A stretch of DNA of 64,000 nucleotides from Balanoglossus misakiensis (taxonomy: Eukaryota > Animalia > Hemichordata), in NCBI GenBank assembly GCA_040954595.2, contig CM082583.2:2613060-2677059 (forward strand). Direction: 5' to 3'. Every line of letters begins with the position of its first letter. Positions within the stretch are counted from its first letter, which is position 1. Positions 28,566-42,387 of this stretch are shown piece after piece. Under the pieces are notes generated by a model. The model had not been told where the DNA came from, made no database searches, and saw only the letters and a list, made by a program, of their open reading frames with translations. The translations under genes were made by a program, and so were the position numbers.

Positions 28566-30175
28566 TTAAGGTACATGAGCTGCAACTTGATAAAAAAATT
28601 AAAGTTTTAAATAATTTCATATATGCTTTTAATTGTGTCTATTAATTGATATTTCATGATAATATATCAAGCTCAACTCTTATTTATGACAAATGGCCAA
28701 AAAATAAAGAAAAACGAAAATTCCTGCAATTTTTAAAAAAGTGCAATATTGCAATGAAAAAGGAAAATATAATGTCTCTGCAGTGTACATTTACTTCCAT
28801 GAGCTCAAGTGGATGAGATCATGTTTCGTTTATGAAGTTTCATAACCGGAAATGCAACATTTTCATTGTTTCTTGCATTTTCCCACGGTGGCGGCCATAT
28901 TCGCTTGCGGCAAAGCTTTATTATTTATCTGGTTAAAACTTGCATATGCACTCATATTTAGGGTTTATAATACTATGACAGAACTTCATGACCTCTGCGC
29001 GCGATCTGTGCAGTATGGATATTATTTTCATGAGTGAGAAGGTGTATTCTTCCGAGTATTTTTACGAGCGACAGCGAGTAAAAATACGGAAGAATACACC
29101 TTATCACGAGTGAAAATAATATCCATACTGCACAGATCGCGCGCAGAGGTCATGAAGTTCTGTTATTATTGCATATGTTTCCCCAGATTTGACGAAAATC
29201 AAAGTTTCGATCGTGGCGTATTGATTTTCATTACAGTGATGCGCCAAAGGCTATGCAACCCAGAGATGGCCGCTCATTGGACAAAATGACGCAACCTTTG
29301 TTATGCAAAGTAGGGTCAAGTTGGGTCCTTTCATTGGTGATTCAACTGAGGTCGCGAGATCGCAGTGGTAAATTTTGAAAATACTGGCGATAACGAGAGT
29401 TTTCTCGTAATTTTCGAGGTTCCAAAACACACTGACAACTAAATGTTCTGTTATTTTGACGATAGTTGGGAAGGATAATAAAAGAACGTGCCAGAATGTT
29501 GAAAAATCCGCATGTTTCGGCGATCATGTTGGCTCATTTCATCGGTGGTTTAGCTCAGGTCGCAAGATAGCATCGGCAATATTTGAGAAACTGGCGATAG
29601 CGAGGGATATTCCGAGGTTCCCAAACATACTGCCAGTTAATGTTTTGTTATTCTGACAAAATTTGGGAAGGATAAGACAATGGCGTCTCCGAATGTTGAA
29701 AAGTCCCCACGTTTCGGCGATCATAGTCCAGCTCTGCCGACGGCGTTCAATGTTTACAAATAAAACGTAGTCCGGCTTGTTTTTACTCATTTGCATATGG
29801 GTTGTGAAAAATACCACTTTGTCACGCGCACAACTAAAACAACAATCGGCTTTTTTGCGACTGAAATAAAACTTTTGTTATATCCTCCGGAGGTTTATAT
29901 GAACTCCAAGTGATTGTGTAACAGAACGAGGGTTAAACTTTGAAAGATACGATCGATTGAAGGGGAAATGGGGGATCTTATTCTTCTGGATGCTCATTTG
30001 CATATGAGCTCGCAAAAATACCAGAATTATTATTGCACGGCCCGCTTGGAATACTGTGGTACATATGCAATAATTGTGTATAGTTCACTGCCTCCAACTA
30101 CATGGACTAATGGTAGTACAGTTTGAAACAAAAATTATGATAATTATCCAAAAGTTGCAGCTTATGTGCCTTTAA
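28566..30175. mobile_element. Kolobok-like non-autonomous TIR element with TTAA flanks, interrupted by a nested insertion
   Basis: Left end TTAA-GGTACATGAGCTGCAACTT and right end AAGTTGCAGCTTATGTGCCT-TTAA are imperfect inverted repeats. A TTAA target with purine-purine starts fits Kolobok rather than piggyBac. Confidence 0.7.
28975..30074 (+). mobile_element. Hairpin-headed non-coding element, copy A (best preserved, possibly Crypton-type)
   Basis: 192-nt foldback at 28975-29166. 29165-29178 (ATTATTGCATATGT) is the exact reverse complement of 30061-30074. Internal diverged direct repeat of about 200 bp. No ORF with recognisable homology. Confidence 0.8.
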
Positions 30176-33100
30176 TCTATCGGATTACGGTTATATTTGC
30201 ACTCGGTAAGGCGAAGTGCACGCACAGCTCGAAATCGTAACATGTTGCAAATTCGAACCAATGGTCCAACGATCACGTCCCTAGAACCAAACAGTCTCGG
30301 CGAACATGAGACACTGTCTGGACCCGATTAGCAATCCCACTTGAAACTGACTTTGCGTGCCCAAAGACGCCCCAATTTCACTCAGCAAATCTTATCGCAT
30401 TAAAACAGATATGGAGAGATGTTCTCCGTGTTCTGATTGTTAGCTCGCACGCATAGCTCTAGTGATTCCAATTTTCCGTGTCCGCACTGAAAGAAATGAT
30501 TGGAGTCAATGACGTCAACGTGCGTCGACATACGCATGTGCACTAAATTTTCGAAAAGTCAGATTTCAAAATATTGAAGTTATCTCCCCTGGACCCCCGT
30601 CAGTTACCAAACATCAACACTATTCAGTCGACGGAACGTTTGATATTGAAAAAGATAAATATCACCAAAAATGTGCAAAAAAATCTGGATTTCATCCTTA
30701 AACAATGCAAAATAATACGTTAGGTTCTAGGTTAACAAGAATGCATTTGCAGCATTAGACTGTTACGGAACAAGTTGATGTCACAGAAAATGGGAAATTG
30801 ACACAGCTAAGGAAAGACTGAACTTGTTACCACATAGAAGTTTGATAATCTGTTTTACGGAATGGCATTGTTTCATGCCGTGCGTTGAAAATGTTTTACA
30901 CTACCAAATTACCATCCAATTATCATCATTATTATCATCATCATTAATTTGTGCTGGCTCGTTTGCAGAAGTGATCTCTGCTAAAATGCATTGGCATAGG
31001 AACCGGCGAATAGACACACACACATACACACACACACACCGATTTTCATTCAAGTATATATTTACCTAGTATAATTGCAATGTCATTTAGATGTATGTTA
31101 CTGCCGTTTCTGTTATTTAAAAACCTAAAATATACAATTAACATTAACTGAATTATTATTTTAAGGTCAACCGTCAAATTAGATACAATAAACTGATTGA
31201 CAGCAGAGGTTACCATCGGAATATCTATACACCAGATATTAATATTAAATTTGAGCCTTGTCAATTAACGCATGCGCCAACGTTTAGTTCGCATATTATA
31301 GGCCTTTTGGTAGGGAGTCCACTGGCTGACGTCTGCCGTCTAGTGTTATGACATCAAATCTAATCTACATCACCTGGAAACCACGGATGACAAATGTCAC
31401 AACAGAAGACTTGTATCTAAAATTTGCTGTGATCACTGAGTTTATCTAGTTTGATCTGGGTCTGCAAGTGTTCAGTGTCTGAAGAATAATGTTAAGGTAT
31501 GTCACTACGTTATGTTGTACAGTGTGGATGTATACAAGCCGCGTCAACTCTTACCATCACTACTCAGGTTATAGTTTTTTATAAGGTAGCGTGCGTAACT
31601 GTAAAACACTGGTAATAAATAGAACATTTGATAAATGGTGTGGGTTTTAAATGCACAGTCCTGACAAGAAAGACACTTCGAATGTTGAAAACCGTGATTG
31701 TTTCCTTCATGTACATGTACAGGGAATTGTTGATATGCAACTGTGAACTAAATGCATACTCATAGCTGTGAAAAGACTACCTGCTTATATCAGTGAAAGA
31801 CCTGTGATATACATAATTGACAAATTCAGGCTTCTTGTTTTACTTCAACCGTTACCTTCAATAACATTAATGTTTAGTGCAGAGTTTTACAACTACTACG
31901 CCTAGAACCAAAGTTGTATAACATCTCATCAATGTACTGTAAAATATTTCAATCAATTCGCAGTTCATTTTTTTCTTGGTTGAATATGACCTGTTAACGG
32001 TTTCATATAAATTATATTCTTCAAATGTGTCGTGAGTTTGACAGGAACAGATTGAATGAGGTTCACAAGAATGTGCGGCGGCCGACGGGGATATTCATGG
32101 CCACTGCAAGCCGAAAGGTTTCGTATTTCATAATGTAATTTCTGAGTCAATCACATTCCATCGAGTAAGCTACATGGTGAAAACCTTGCTCCACACACGT
32201 TTTCACCGAATTGACGTTTATCCGATAAGTTTGAAATTTCTCGGTAAATATAGAAAAACGATGTATATCTTTTTTATTAATGTCGTGAACATGGTTGTGT
32301 ATAATACGATGCGAGGCAACAAACAGCGTGCCCACAGTGATGTCTACTTTCTCATTAGATTCTCCACAAGTGGTATTTGGCTATATGTGAATAGTTTGCA
32401 AGATTAAATAAGGACGCTATGTTTACCTGCGGCAGGCAGTGTGAAAGCCCTCATGTGTTCTTGAACAACTGAAACTGACCAGGGTAAATCTGATGTACAA
32501 TGCTTTATTGCAGCCTAATGCTTTGTCACCGTTGTTAATGTCTTTGTATCATCGGAAGCAGAAAAAGTTCAAAATGCCTACAGAAAATCCTCCAAAAGTT
32601 GGTTAGCCGCGGGCTATACGATTTGCCAAACTAAAACTAATTTGAGTAATGGCGTTTGCATGCGTTAGTAAAGACGTCACAACCAAATTTAATGATGTAA
32701 GTGCGTCGATTGTATTAACATATCTTTATAAATTTTGCAAGGTAATTTCATTCGATACGGGTTTTTTATCGATGTGAACAACATTCCCTCGTTGCGGCAA
32801 CGGCAATACGATATACAACCCGCACTGCTACCCCCCCCCCCCCCTCGAATCTGGAATCTGGAATTCCAAACCTGTATTTGCAATCAATAAGTTCTGCTGG
32901 TTGTATCATTCACGTATTTTTAAGCATCAGAACATGTTTACGGTAAACCTACATAACAGTGGGCATAACGATGTCAATGAGTAAGCTTACGAAAAAATCT
33001 GCAAGGGAAAAGAAAAAAGTATGTAAGCAATAATAACGCCCACATATTCCAATAATCACTTACTGTGATAAAATATGTTTACGTTTAGATTGATTATACC

Positions 33101-34574
33101 TCACTGGGGCAAATCCATACTGGTTGAATCATTTCTGCATGATAATTATCATCTCGCTCTTCAATATTTTGTCACTGAACTGGTGATATTGAGATGTGCA
33201 ACATAATTGTTAGTCGTCTAAATGGGAAAAATAGTAATAGGACATATATTATGTGGGTTGCTATTTATAAGCTGCCCTGTAGGCAGCAATGGTTTGGAAA
33301 TCGCCTGATGCGTGTTAATGAGCTTATCAATGTAAAGTCTATCGATTATAATGCCGGTTTTCATGGGAATAATATGTCTGCGGCAGGTCAATTCAATCTC
33401 AACATTCCTGACATTCTAGAACTTACTAAAATTCCCACAGACAGACATATATAGATTGAAGATATATACGTGTGTTATATAAATTTTGGGATTTGATGGA
33501 ATGAAACTAAACGATATCGTTGTTTTTGATCTGGTGCGTAGCTTCCGAGATAACATTGACGAAAGTGATCAAAAAGATTCATGTCCGAAGTAATGGACTG
33601 GTAAATTCAAGTCTGTAATCTCTCCGGGTCAATCAACACATGTACACTTTTTTTCACTTTACTGAGAGGTCATTTATTTAATCTTACTAAATTTCCATAA
33701 ATAAGATCAGTTCTGATTAACGTTTGGTCGCATATTTCTATAGCTGTAACCTAAAAACGTGCTTTTACGTAAATTGGGGATCAATAGTTTTCCAGCTCCG
33801 TCCAGTAATGCATGGAACATCGCAAATACGGCAGTATAGAGAAAACTCGAAACAGTAAACCTGTCATGAATTTGAATTTGCAGAATGCAGAAATACAACT
33901 TTCCATGTTCTCGTCGTGCAAAACTGTCACGGGCATTCAGGCAAGAAGCCGGGAGTGGATCGTTCGTTTCTCGCTACAGTCTATCGATATCTCGTTAGTT
34001 GAAACCGTGAAAAGTTATTCTCATTTTGGGCAACAAAAAATCATATTAACTACGAAATATGTGTATGCCTTGTTAGCTTGATATCTCATAGTGGCAAACG
34101 AAAACGTATTTCTTCTTAGTCATTTTATGTGAAATTTGGTCATCAATTTGTATGGTCCCCGATGGTTGAAATCATCGTTGCAGTGCAGCGACACGACGAT
34201 GTCACGGTCAAAATTCGAATACAGAGTGCGCGTGCCACACAAACAGACGTTGACGTGAAGCCAAACTCTTTTCCACCTGAACGTCTAAATATTGATGAGG
34301 TTACTGTTGAAGTGCAATACTAGTTAGTTTATTATGTCAATAGTAATACATAGTGGAGAAAGTATACGTATTGTATGCAGTTGAAATTCGCAAACTGTTT
34401 TTTGTTGTTTTTTCAAGAAAAAATAATTGGTCAGATGACCAGGTTGATCAGCTAATTGACAAGTAGAATACATGAATGGTATTGCATGAATATTTATGCA
34501 ATGATCAGATAAAGATCGAATTGTTGATCGGCTACTGAGGCGGCTGCACATGCGCAGCCGCTGTTTACGCACAA

Positions 34575-34678
34575 ATAGTTGCCAATCGAGTCGGCCCGTG
34601 TAACTGTTCGATGTAGCGTCGCGACTCGAGTTGCGCGTCGAGTTGCCTGCCGAGTTGCCTCGTGTAACACGGCCTTAA
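34575..34678. mobile_element. Solo right end of a PIF/Harbinger-like MITE
   Basis: Repeated CGAGTTGC units ending in CGTGTAACACGGCCT-TAA. No matching left TIR was seen. Confidence 0.4.
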
Positions 34679-37600
34679 CGCGAACGCGGATGTGGGTTCT
34701 ATGCGTCCATGTTCACGTAAAACGTGTAGCCGAACCTGTCTAGTGTTGGAAAAGAAACACGACAAAATTATTTCACTGAAATGTAAAAACAATACATATT
34801 TACGAAACTTATAGCGTTTACCAAAAAACTAACGCAAATTTTGAAAATTGGACATCATTGATTTTTGTGAAAATGTAAACTATTATGCAGAATATAATTG
34901 CATAAAGACTTAGTGTTAAACATCTCAAGCGTGATAAAAAATATATTCAATTGCATTAGCTCTGTAAAATGATATGAATTAAAGTCTTTATAGGTTACTG
35001 TCGATTTTTGTCACTGTTGAAACCTCTATAGGAAAATGTCTTTTCCTTTAGAGGCCTCTTATTACTTTCCTTACAAATAGTTTTTGAGGCGACAACCATA
35101 TGGGACAAATCCTTTTGAAATATTCTATTCGAATGCAACAATCACCGTGTCTACAGGGTCACTTCAAATTCCCTAAAACATTTCTTCATCTTACCCTATA
35201 AAACTCACAAATTAAATAGCCTATTCCAATCAGTCTACCATGCGCAAAGAAAAATAATCACGCTATTCAAACACGTTTGAGTAATTATCCTGCCCGGCGA
35301 TATCAAGTATAACGTACCTATAATTATATACACTCATTTACATGTATATGCAAGTCGTCAACATCAAAACAGTCAGAATGAGTTGTAGCATCCTGTGAAA
35401 TCTGAGAAATCAGATAAATGTTTGAAAAATGACAGTTTATGCCTTTTTTATGCAAATCGCTATAACTACATATTTTTCTTTAACTAACATCCATTTTAAG
35501 CTACTGTAGTACATAGTGTGTGTAACCATAGATCATTCACTTACCTTTGTTAATGTCATGCTTTATAATTAGTCATGGTCCCCCAAAATAAGAATATCGC
35601 AAGCTGCAGATACCAACTACGGAAATCACACAATGGCAATTTGACAACAATCTAGTTGACATGAGTTTATATCATTTCAAATGATATTACTACACTGAGG
35701 ATTAAAACACCCATAAATCTGCATGCAAAGTAGTGTTTCTGAATCAAGTCAAACAACAACAGCGTCAGTATATTAAGCAGGACCTCCGGCAGTCAGTGTA
35801 ATTCGACAACATGATCGAATAATCAGAAAGAAACCAACCAACGCAAAGTCATAATTTTGAAAAGGAACCTCAAAGCCTCCGGTAATTGTGCGGACGCGTT
35901 TGCATGAAAATGTATGATTCGCATTTTATGTATATGCCACATTTACAAAAAATGCCTTGGGGAAAAAGTATGGGAACTGTATACTCACTCTATTTCCTGC
36001 ATACTCATGCCAAATTGGTCATCAAATTTTAGTTCTCACAATAGTCCAATTGCAACAGTTATTGAATGTAAAAAAAAAAATATGTATACTACCACAGACA
36101 TGGGGACATATGTTTCAACACACTATAAAATCGTCGATGTACTTACCAACGCCCGTGAATTGATGATCACCACTAAGACAACAAAGTTCACCACATCAAA
36201 ATTACATGTAAATCATTCCAGGGACATTCCATGTGACTGACATTCAAAAAACTATTTTCTGGGTATCAATGGAATAAACATCGCATCATTAAATTGGTTA
36301 TATGATTGCACACATGACTCTCCCTACCCCCCCCCTCCCTCTCCCTCCCTCTCCCCCTCCCTCTCTCTCGATTCTCTTTCGAACACCCTCGTTGAAGGTA
36401 TTACTTCAGCTCAGTAGAACCCACTTTTTAACAGTTGTGTTCTCAATATCCTACCCCCCGGACCGCGCCAGCTATTACTTGTATTCTTTGTTTTGTAAAT
36501 GTTGTTTTCCCCTTTTCTGAGTGGTATTTCACAACGTTGTTCCTTCGCGACGTGGAAAATGTTGTCAAGATTGTTAAAATTGTTCAATAGCGCCGTCTTG
36601 GTTTATTTGTTTCCTCAGGCTGCTCAGAGTGTATTTTGATTAAAACAGGAAATTCTTACGTACACGAATCGTCAATCTTGTAATTTTCCTGAAATAATGG
36701 TCACATGACTAAAACTGTTTCTGGCTACTCCATGACGTCATCTGTTTTGTATTTGTCGACCCAGCTATGCGTATCACTATCAGATTGACCATTAATCCCC
36801 GTCATCTGCATTATTCATCAATCTGTTAACATTTACTTCCTGCACATTTATCCTGTAAAGATAAGAATCGAAAACATGGAAATGGAAACCTTGAAAATCA
36901 AGAGCGATTGTAACTTTTCGGGTCGTTTCTGTGGCAACAACTTATGTATAGTTGCAACGATAATATAGATAAGATTTGCACGGATGTATATGCATTGATT
37001 TTAACGGATAAACTGCTGCAGAATCAATGTGTGATGAATTGGTTCATTATACGTCAAGGTAATTGGCATTTGATGAAAATTGATATTCCCTCCCGTCTAC
37101 ATTAATACAAATACAAAAGGTCTTGACATCAGAATGCACGCGGCGGTGGAAAAATTAATAACACTATCACGTGCACGGTGTTATCCATCTACATGTTCTA
37201 TTTATGAAATAATTGGATGGCCTTAATATCTTGTCTTGGCCGTAAGAACGCATTCAACCCTACGTTATCACAACATAATACGTCTTTTATTCGGAATTGT
37301 TGACTTTTCGTGACTTGTGACATAGAATTCAAGAAACTACTGGGTTGAGAAATCAATTAGTACATATGTACGTTGCTATTACAAATTATCGGTTTGGAAG
37401 GGAAAATAGAAACATAAGCGTAACGATTTCAAATGCTACTTATTCTGTCAATAAATTTAAGCTGCTAAAGGACGACTGCGACAGTAATGTCGAAGCAAAA
37501 CAATTTGAAGAAAATTTGTTTTACATGCAAACAAAGGAGACTAGGGGTCAGTGTATATAGCCGATGAAAAAAAAACTGTAGGGAGTCCAAATACCTCACC

Positions 37601-39575
37601 AACCGGGCAGTAATAATGAGGCTCGGCTACAAACACATGGGCAATGGAGTACCGGTGTTATAGAACATAAACTCCATAAAGCACATCACTTACGCATTTC
37701 CATGCCAAGGCCTAGGCTATTTATGATGGAAGTTTGTGTTCAGTACTCGTTATTCATACACACAACTCTTCAGTGAAGGACAGACGTAAGAGGAAAGTTA
37801 TCGAGTGATTTCTGATACAGATTACCTGCATTATCGAAACGTACGAAACGTGCGTTGTAACGTGAAGTATTGTATTTGATTTAAGAATTGAATTTCAAAC
37901 TAAAGCTTCACCTGCAATTCGCTACTCATAAAATTCCACAGACTTCAAAATGTCGCCATCATTAAGCAACTCGAGCAACCACATTGCCTCCCAAACTACA
38001 GGAAATTACAGGATTGTGAGGCGAAACGGTCACATTCTCGACATATTCGTATACAGACTTTGGTGGGCGCTGTCTTGCATTCTATGTTCATTTTCTGTAA
38101 GCAAACAATGAGCATCACCTTTTTTGCCCTCATGGTCAACAGCGGTTCTCTTTAAATGAACCATGTCTCCACTGTAGGGTTGACGTATAAAAGGTCAACG
38201 TAGGATAGAAAATTTAAATCCCTGTTATCACTCTGCTATTTCGGCCTCTCAACAGACGAGGGCAGCAAAGACCTAAAGAAGGAATCACAACACGTATACC
38301 TCTACAGATAGTGTCCATAAGATTGGTGACCATACTGTGAAATTGAAATTCTGCCATAATTCGTCAGGGCTCAAAAATAACGAATAAAATAAGAACATAC
38401 GTTTTTCCCACCTGACCTATACCTATCTTGGCCTTATTCCTAAAAAGAAAGTTGCAGCTCACAACCAATGTGCTCTTTATTTTGGCCTAATCTAAGTGTT
38501 CAATTTCAAAGGAATAGCTTCACGCTGGATCATGTAAACCAATTCTGGAATGCTTAGTTGACCTGTAATATTAGCAAGATGCATTAGCAAGATCAGTAAC
38601 ATACTTGATAAAAAGTACCGCCGAAAAAACCTATCCATACATTGTTAGCATCCCAGTTGAACTATTGTATCTTGTAAGCTTATGAAGTAACAAAAGATCA
38701 GATAAGTCGACTGCAGACAGTTCAAAGTGTTGCCGCGCGCCTCGTTGGCCGATCACCTGAATTTGATCATATGACACCAATGTTAATTGCTGGCTCCAAA
38801 ATAAAGCTCGTCTCAAATGCAAGATTCTATTGTCCACCTTCAAAATCCCAAACGGGGTTACACCTCCATGTTTGTTGGATTTGATTGAGCATTGTATACC
38901 GGCCTGAAATCTCCGGGCAGCTTAACGTATGTGTAACTACTTCACATGGAAACTGTAATTATAAAACGTTCGGCTTGAGAACATTTTTGAATGTTTGAGC
39001 ACCATTCCTTTGGAACTTGTCGCCTGTAAAAATCCGGGTTTTTTTTCTTCAAAAACGTGAAGGCCTTAGCAGTGATTTAAAGACTCATTTCTTCTATAAG
39101 CATTTTACTGTCGTTTAAATTTTCTTTATTTGTGTGCATCATGTCTGTTTACTTTGTGTGGTAAACCACGCCGCAGTGAAATTACAAATGTATGGTTTGT
39201 CAGATTTTCTTAATAGTCTCCGATGGGAAATGTGGCTTTGAACAAATCTTGCTTCAGGCAACCTGCATCGACACTTAAGCAAACGAAAGATTTAGATAAA
39301 GACGATCTTTTTTACATTGGAAGGTATGGTTTTTGATTTACGGAAAGATATAAGGGTTTACCCATGCAGGATATGCCTCGGAGGAAATTTTTTATTTGTA
39401 TTAAATGTTATTTTTATATTTTACGAAAATTAAGCTGTTGACGTCATTCAATGATTGTGAAAAATACTATTTTGGGCGGAAAGGATATTATTTAACTGTA
39501 AAACAATCATCTTATTCGACTTATTTAGGTGAATACTATTTATATACACTGTATAATTCCCCGTATTTCTAACGA

Positions 39576-39670
39576 GTGTGTCTGCGTCGTGGACGGGTGA
39601 TTCCCTGTATAGCAGCTGTATACAGGGATACATCTATACAGGGAATCACGAGTTCGCGACGGTGACACAC
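39576..39670. repeat. Decayed foldback related in architecture to the hairpin-headed elements
   Basis: Perfect core GTGATTCCCTGTATAG / CTATACAGGGAATCAC, extended by ACGGG/CGAGT and GTGTGTC..CGTCG / CGACG..GACACAC. Confidence 0.65.
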
Positions 39671-40908
39671 ATAGACCCAGTTTCCATTATATGAGTTTGA
39701 ATAAGAATTTTAAACGTTTCAGCGAGAAAAAAGATAGCACTGTATGAAAGGATCGCGATGCCATATTATGCGGTTAGGGTCACACGCAACCGAACGTTAA
39801 ACCGTGATCAGCTGTTATGGCCCTTGAAGCTTAGGATTTTCGTACTATTCCTGTGTGAAATCAAGATACAAGAGGTATCACCACAACAGAATATATTCAT
39901 TTGGTTTGTAAATCTGAATGAAAACACTGTTAACACGACGAATTCAGAAAACAACGTGAATGTTACTTGGACTGTTGGCGTGGCTTCATTGAGTCATTGT
40001 TGACAACAGACATTTGAAACATTGTTTTCATTGCCGTTTCTGATCGCAAGCGTCATATAAATTTTAAATTTGTGGAATACTTCAGCAATTAAGTCATTGT
40101 TAATATATATTGAAACGTGTCAGTTTAAAATCTAAGCACATACTCTTAACTAGGAAACACAGAGAAATTCCGGGAATTAACCAAAATACAAACCTTCATG
40201 CAGCTGAAATATTGAAAGCAACTTACAATAGCTCATTTTGAAATTTGGATGTCAAATTTACTGAAAATCCTGGGAACTGTCGTCACTATGGGACTTGGTG
40301 AATAAAATTCCATTTCTCTTCATACGCTTCACGTCTGGAAAGGTGTCGTCGCTAAGTCTGAAATAATAAATAGTCGTCGCTCGCCTGCTCCTCGGCTTGA
40401 CCTGTTGACTGCAGGCTGCGGCAGTGCCGCTGTTGTGCTGCTCGACGCTTCAACGATGTCGATCGTGACATTTAACTTGCAATTTGTCATGCTCATTTTA
40501 CATTTTATACATGTGCTTTATTACCTCATATTTCCCTGTGCTTCATAACCCACCCACTTTTGGGTTTGGGCATATTTCAGATTGAGAACAGCTGATTTTA
40601 TTTAACAGCCGATCTTTATTTGTTTACATAAAAAAATAGTCCGAGCATCCGTATTCTTACTATAGGGATAACTGGGTCTGTGTATGTGATGAAAACTGGT
40701 ATCGTATATCACCGGTGATATTTCACACTAAACGCGGTGATATTCACGTTATTTAAACTTCATTAGGAGGAGGTGACATCAGCATGAGCATATGATAGAA
40801 GTTAATACAGCTCTGTTGTTGACGTCCTATGACATACTATTGAATAAATGAATCGAACAAGTCAAATCTGGAAATAAACATGAATGATGAAAACGATTCA
40901 ATATGTAA

Positions 40909-41568
40909 TATTTAGGGGTTATTACACGAAATTTGGTCGATAACGCGTCGTATTCGGGTGATGTCCGTATTTTGACGAGTTGCGAAGCAACGAGTCAAAA
41001 TACGGACATCACGAGAATGCGTCGCGTTATCGACCAAAATTCGTGTAATACATGCCTACCTATAAAACAGTACGATTTGCAAAAATGCGCCGAGAAAAAC
41101 AATTTCAAACTTGAACCGGGCGCCCTGGGATCACGGCCGTAGCCATGTTGTGACGTGTGACGTGTGGGCCGTAGTATCATTTTAAGGGTGTTGGCAGCTT
41201 TCATTACGATGGGCACATCCGCATTCTAAATAAAATTGTCTATGTTCTCTTTCAAAATATCATGTTAACAATTATTTTGCATTGAGAATTTCGAAGAACT
41301 AAAAATGATGCATTCAACATGACAAAACCGCCAGCTTTGAAAACATTATTACAGCTTCTAATAACCGAATTTTACAACACCCCTCTCCACAAGCGTCCTA
41401 TGCCCCGTATGTCGCTCGCACGCGCAGCGAACTGTCGCGCCGCGCGTTCTCAAAAATAGTTCGAGACGCGGAGTGAAGATATATTTCACAATGTGAAATA
41501 CCGTAAAATATCTTCGGGGCGTGAACAATAGAAAGTGCCAAATACAGGCATTGCATGTATGATAAATA
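40909..41568 (+). mobile_element. Hairpin-headed non-coding element, copy B
   Basis: 131-nt foldback at 40920-41050 with apex ACGAG-TT-GCGAAGC-AA-CGAGT. ATACATGC (41048-41055) complements GCATGTAT (41553-41560). Outer ends TATTTA...TAAATA. Confidence 0.7.
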
Positions 41569-42237
41569 CATGAATGATACAGAACCATCTTAACAAGGGC
41601 AAAGTTGGCCGAAAATAATTAGGTGTGGGCAGCCTTACAAAACTGGGATGATGTCAAGGCTGTAAAATTAATATTGTGGGACTGAAATATACTCGAAATT
41701 GATTATATATCAGCCAGGGCCTGCTCTCGGCAACACGTAGAGTTTCATGTGGCGAACGAAGACATGAAGAGAGCCGTGACAAACACTGGTGTGGGTAATA
41801 TCATTCTGGTTGCAAATGTATATATATAACACGACCGACGGAATTAATGAAGTGTAATGACTCCAGGCTATTACCTGCACCTTACATACGGATAGAGAAC
41901 ATAATCTCATATATTCTCTTAATTGGACTGATAAAGGCTTCAACTAGGCTATACCTAAGATAGCAGTGAAAGCGCGCATATGACAACTGTAATACGGGCA
42001 TTTATTTTGAACATATGTGTCTTTGTAGGCGTGGTAGAACTGAATTGGGTGTAGCCATGTCGTATTGTAGCGACGGCAGGGGTTGTAAACAGGTCCTGTA
42101 GAATGCATACAGTTAAAACAAAATGACTTCTGTACTATTCCTGCTCGGGTTTCCCTACACCAGGACTTTAAATATTATATATATAGTAGAGTGTGCAGGG
42201 AACTAAGGCTGTTTTGACATAGGCGATGTATTACTGT

Positions 42238-42387
42238 CTTCCATGTGATTTTGTGTTCTATGTGCTCATCCTTTAATTTCCAAATGTATTTACTGAGTTC
42301 TGTACTGTTCTTTTTGGCGGCGTTCCTGAATGAGTCTTTGTGGTTGTTGAAGCGGGTCTTGAAGGTGTTGGCAGTTAGTCCGACGTT
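42238..42387 (-). pseudogene. Penelope GIY-YIG endonuclease fragment (inverted half)
   Basis: 50 uninterrupted codons containing (Y)VGLT..TFKTRFNNHK.SF..STELSKYIWKLK..ITWK. Confidence 0.85.

Noticed and set aside
38370-38490. Zator-like TIR end (TTTTGGCC-TAA), similar start at 47511
   Set aside because: No matching partner TIR was found for either end.
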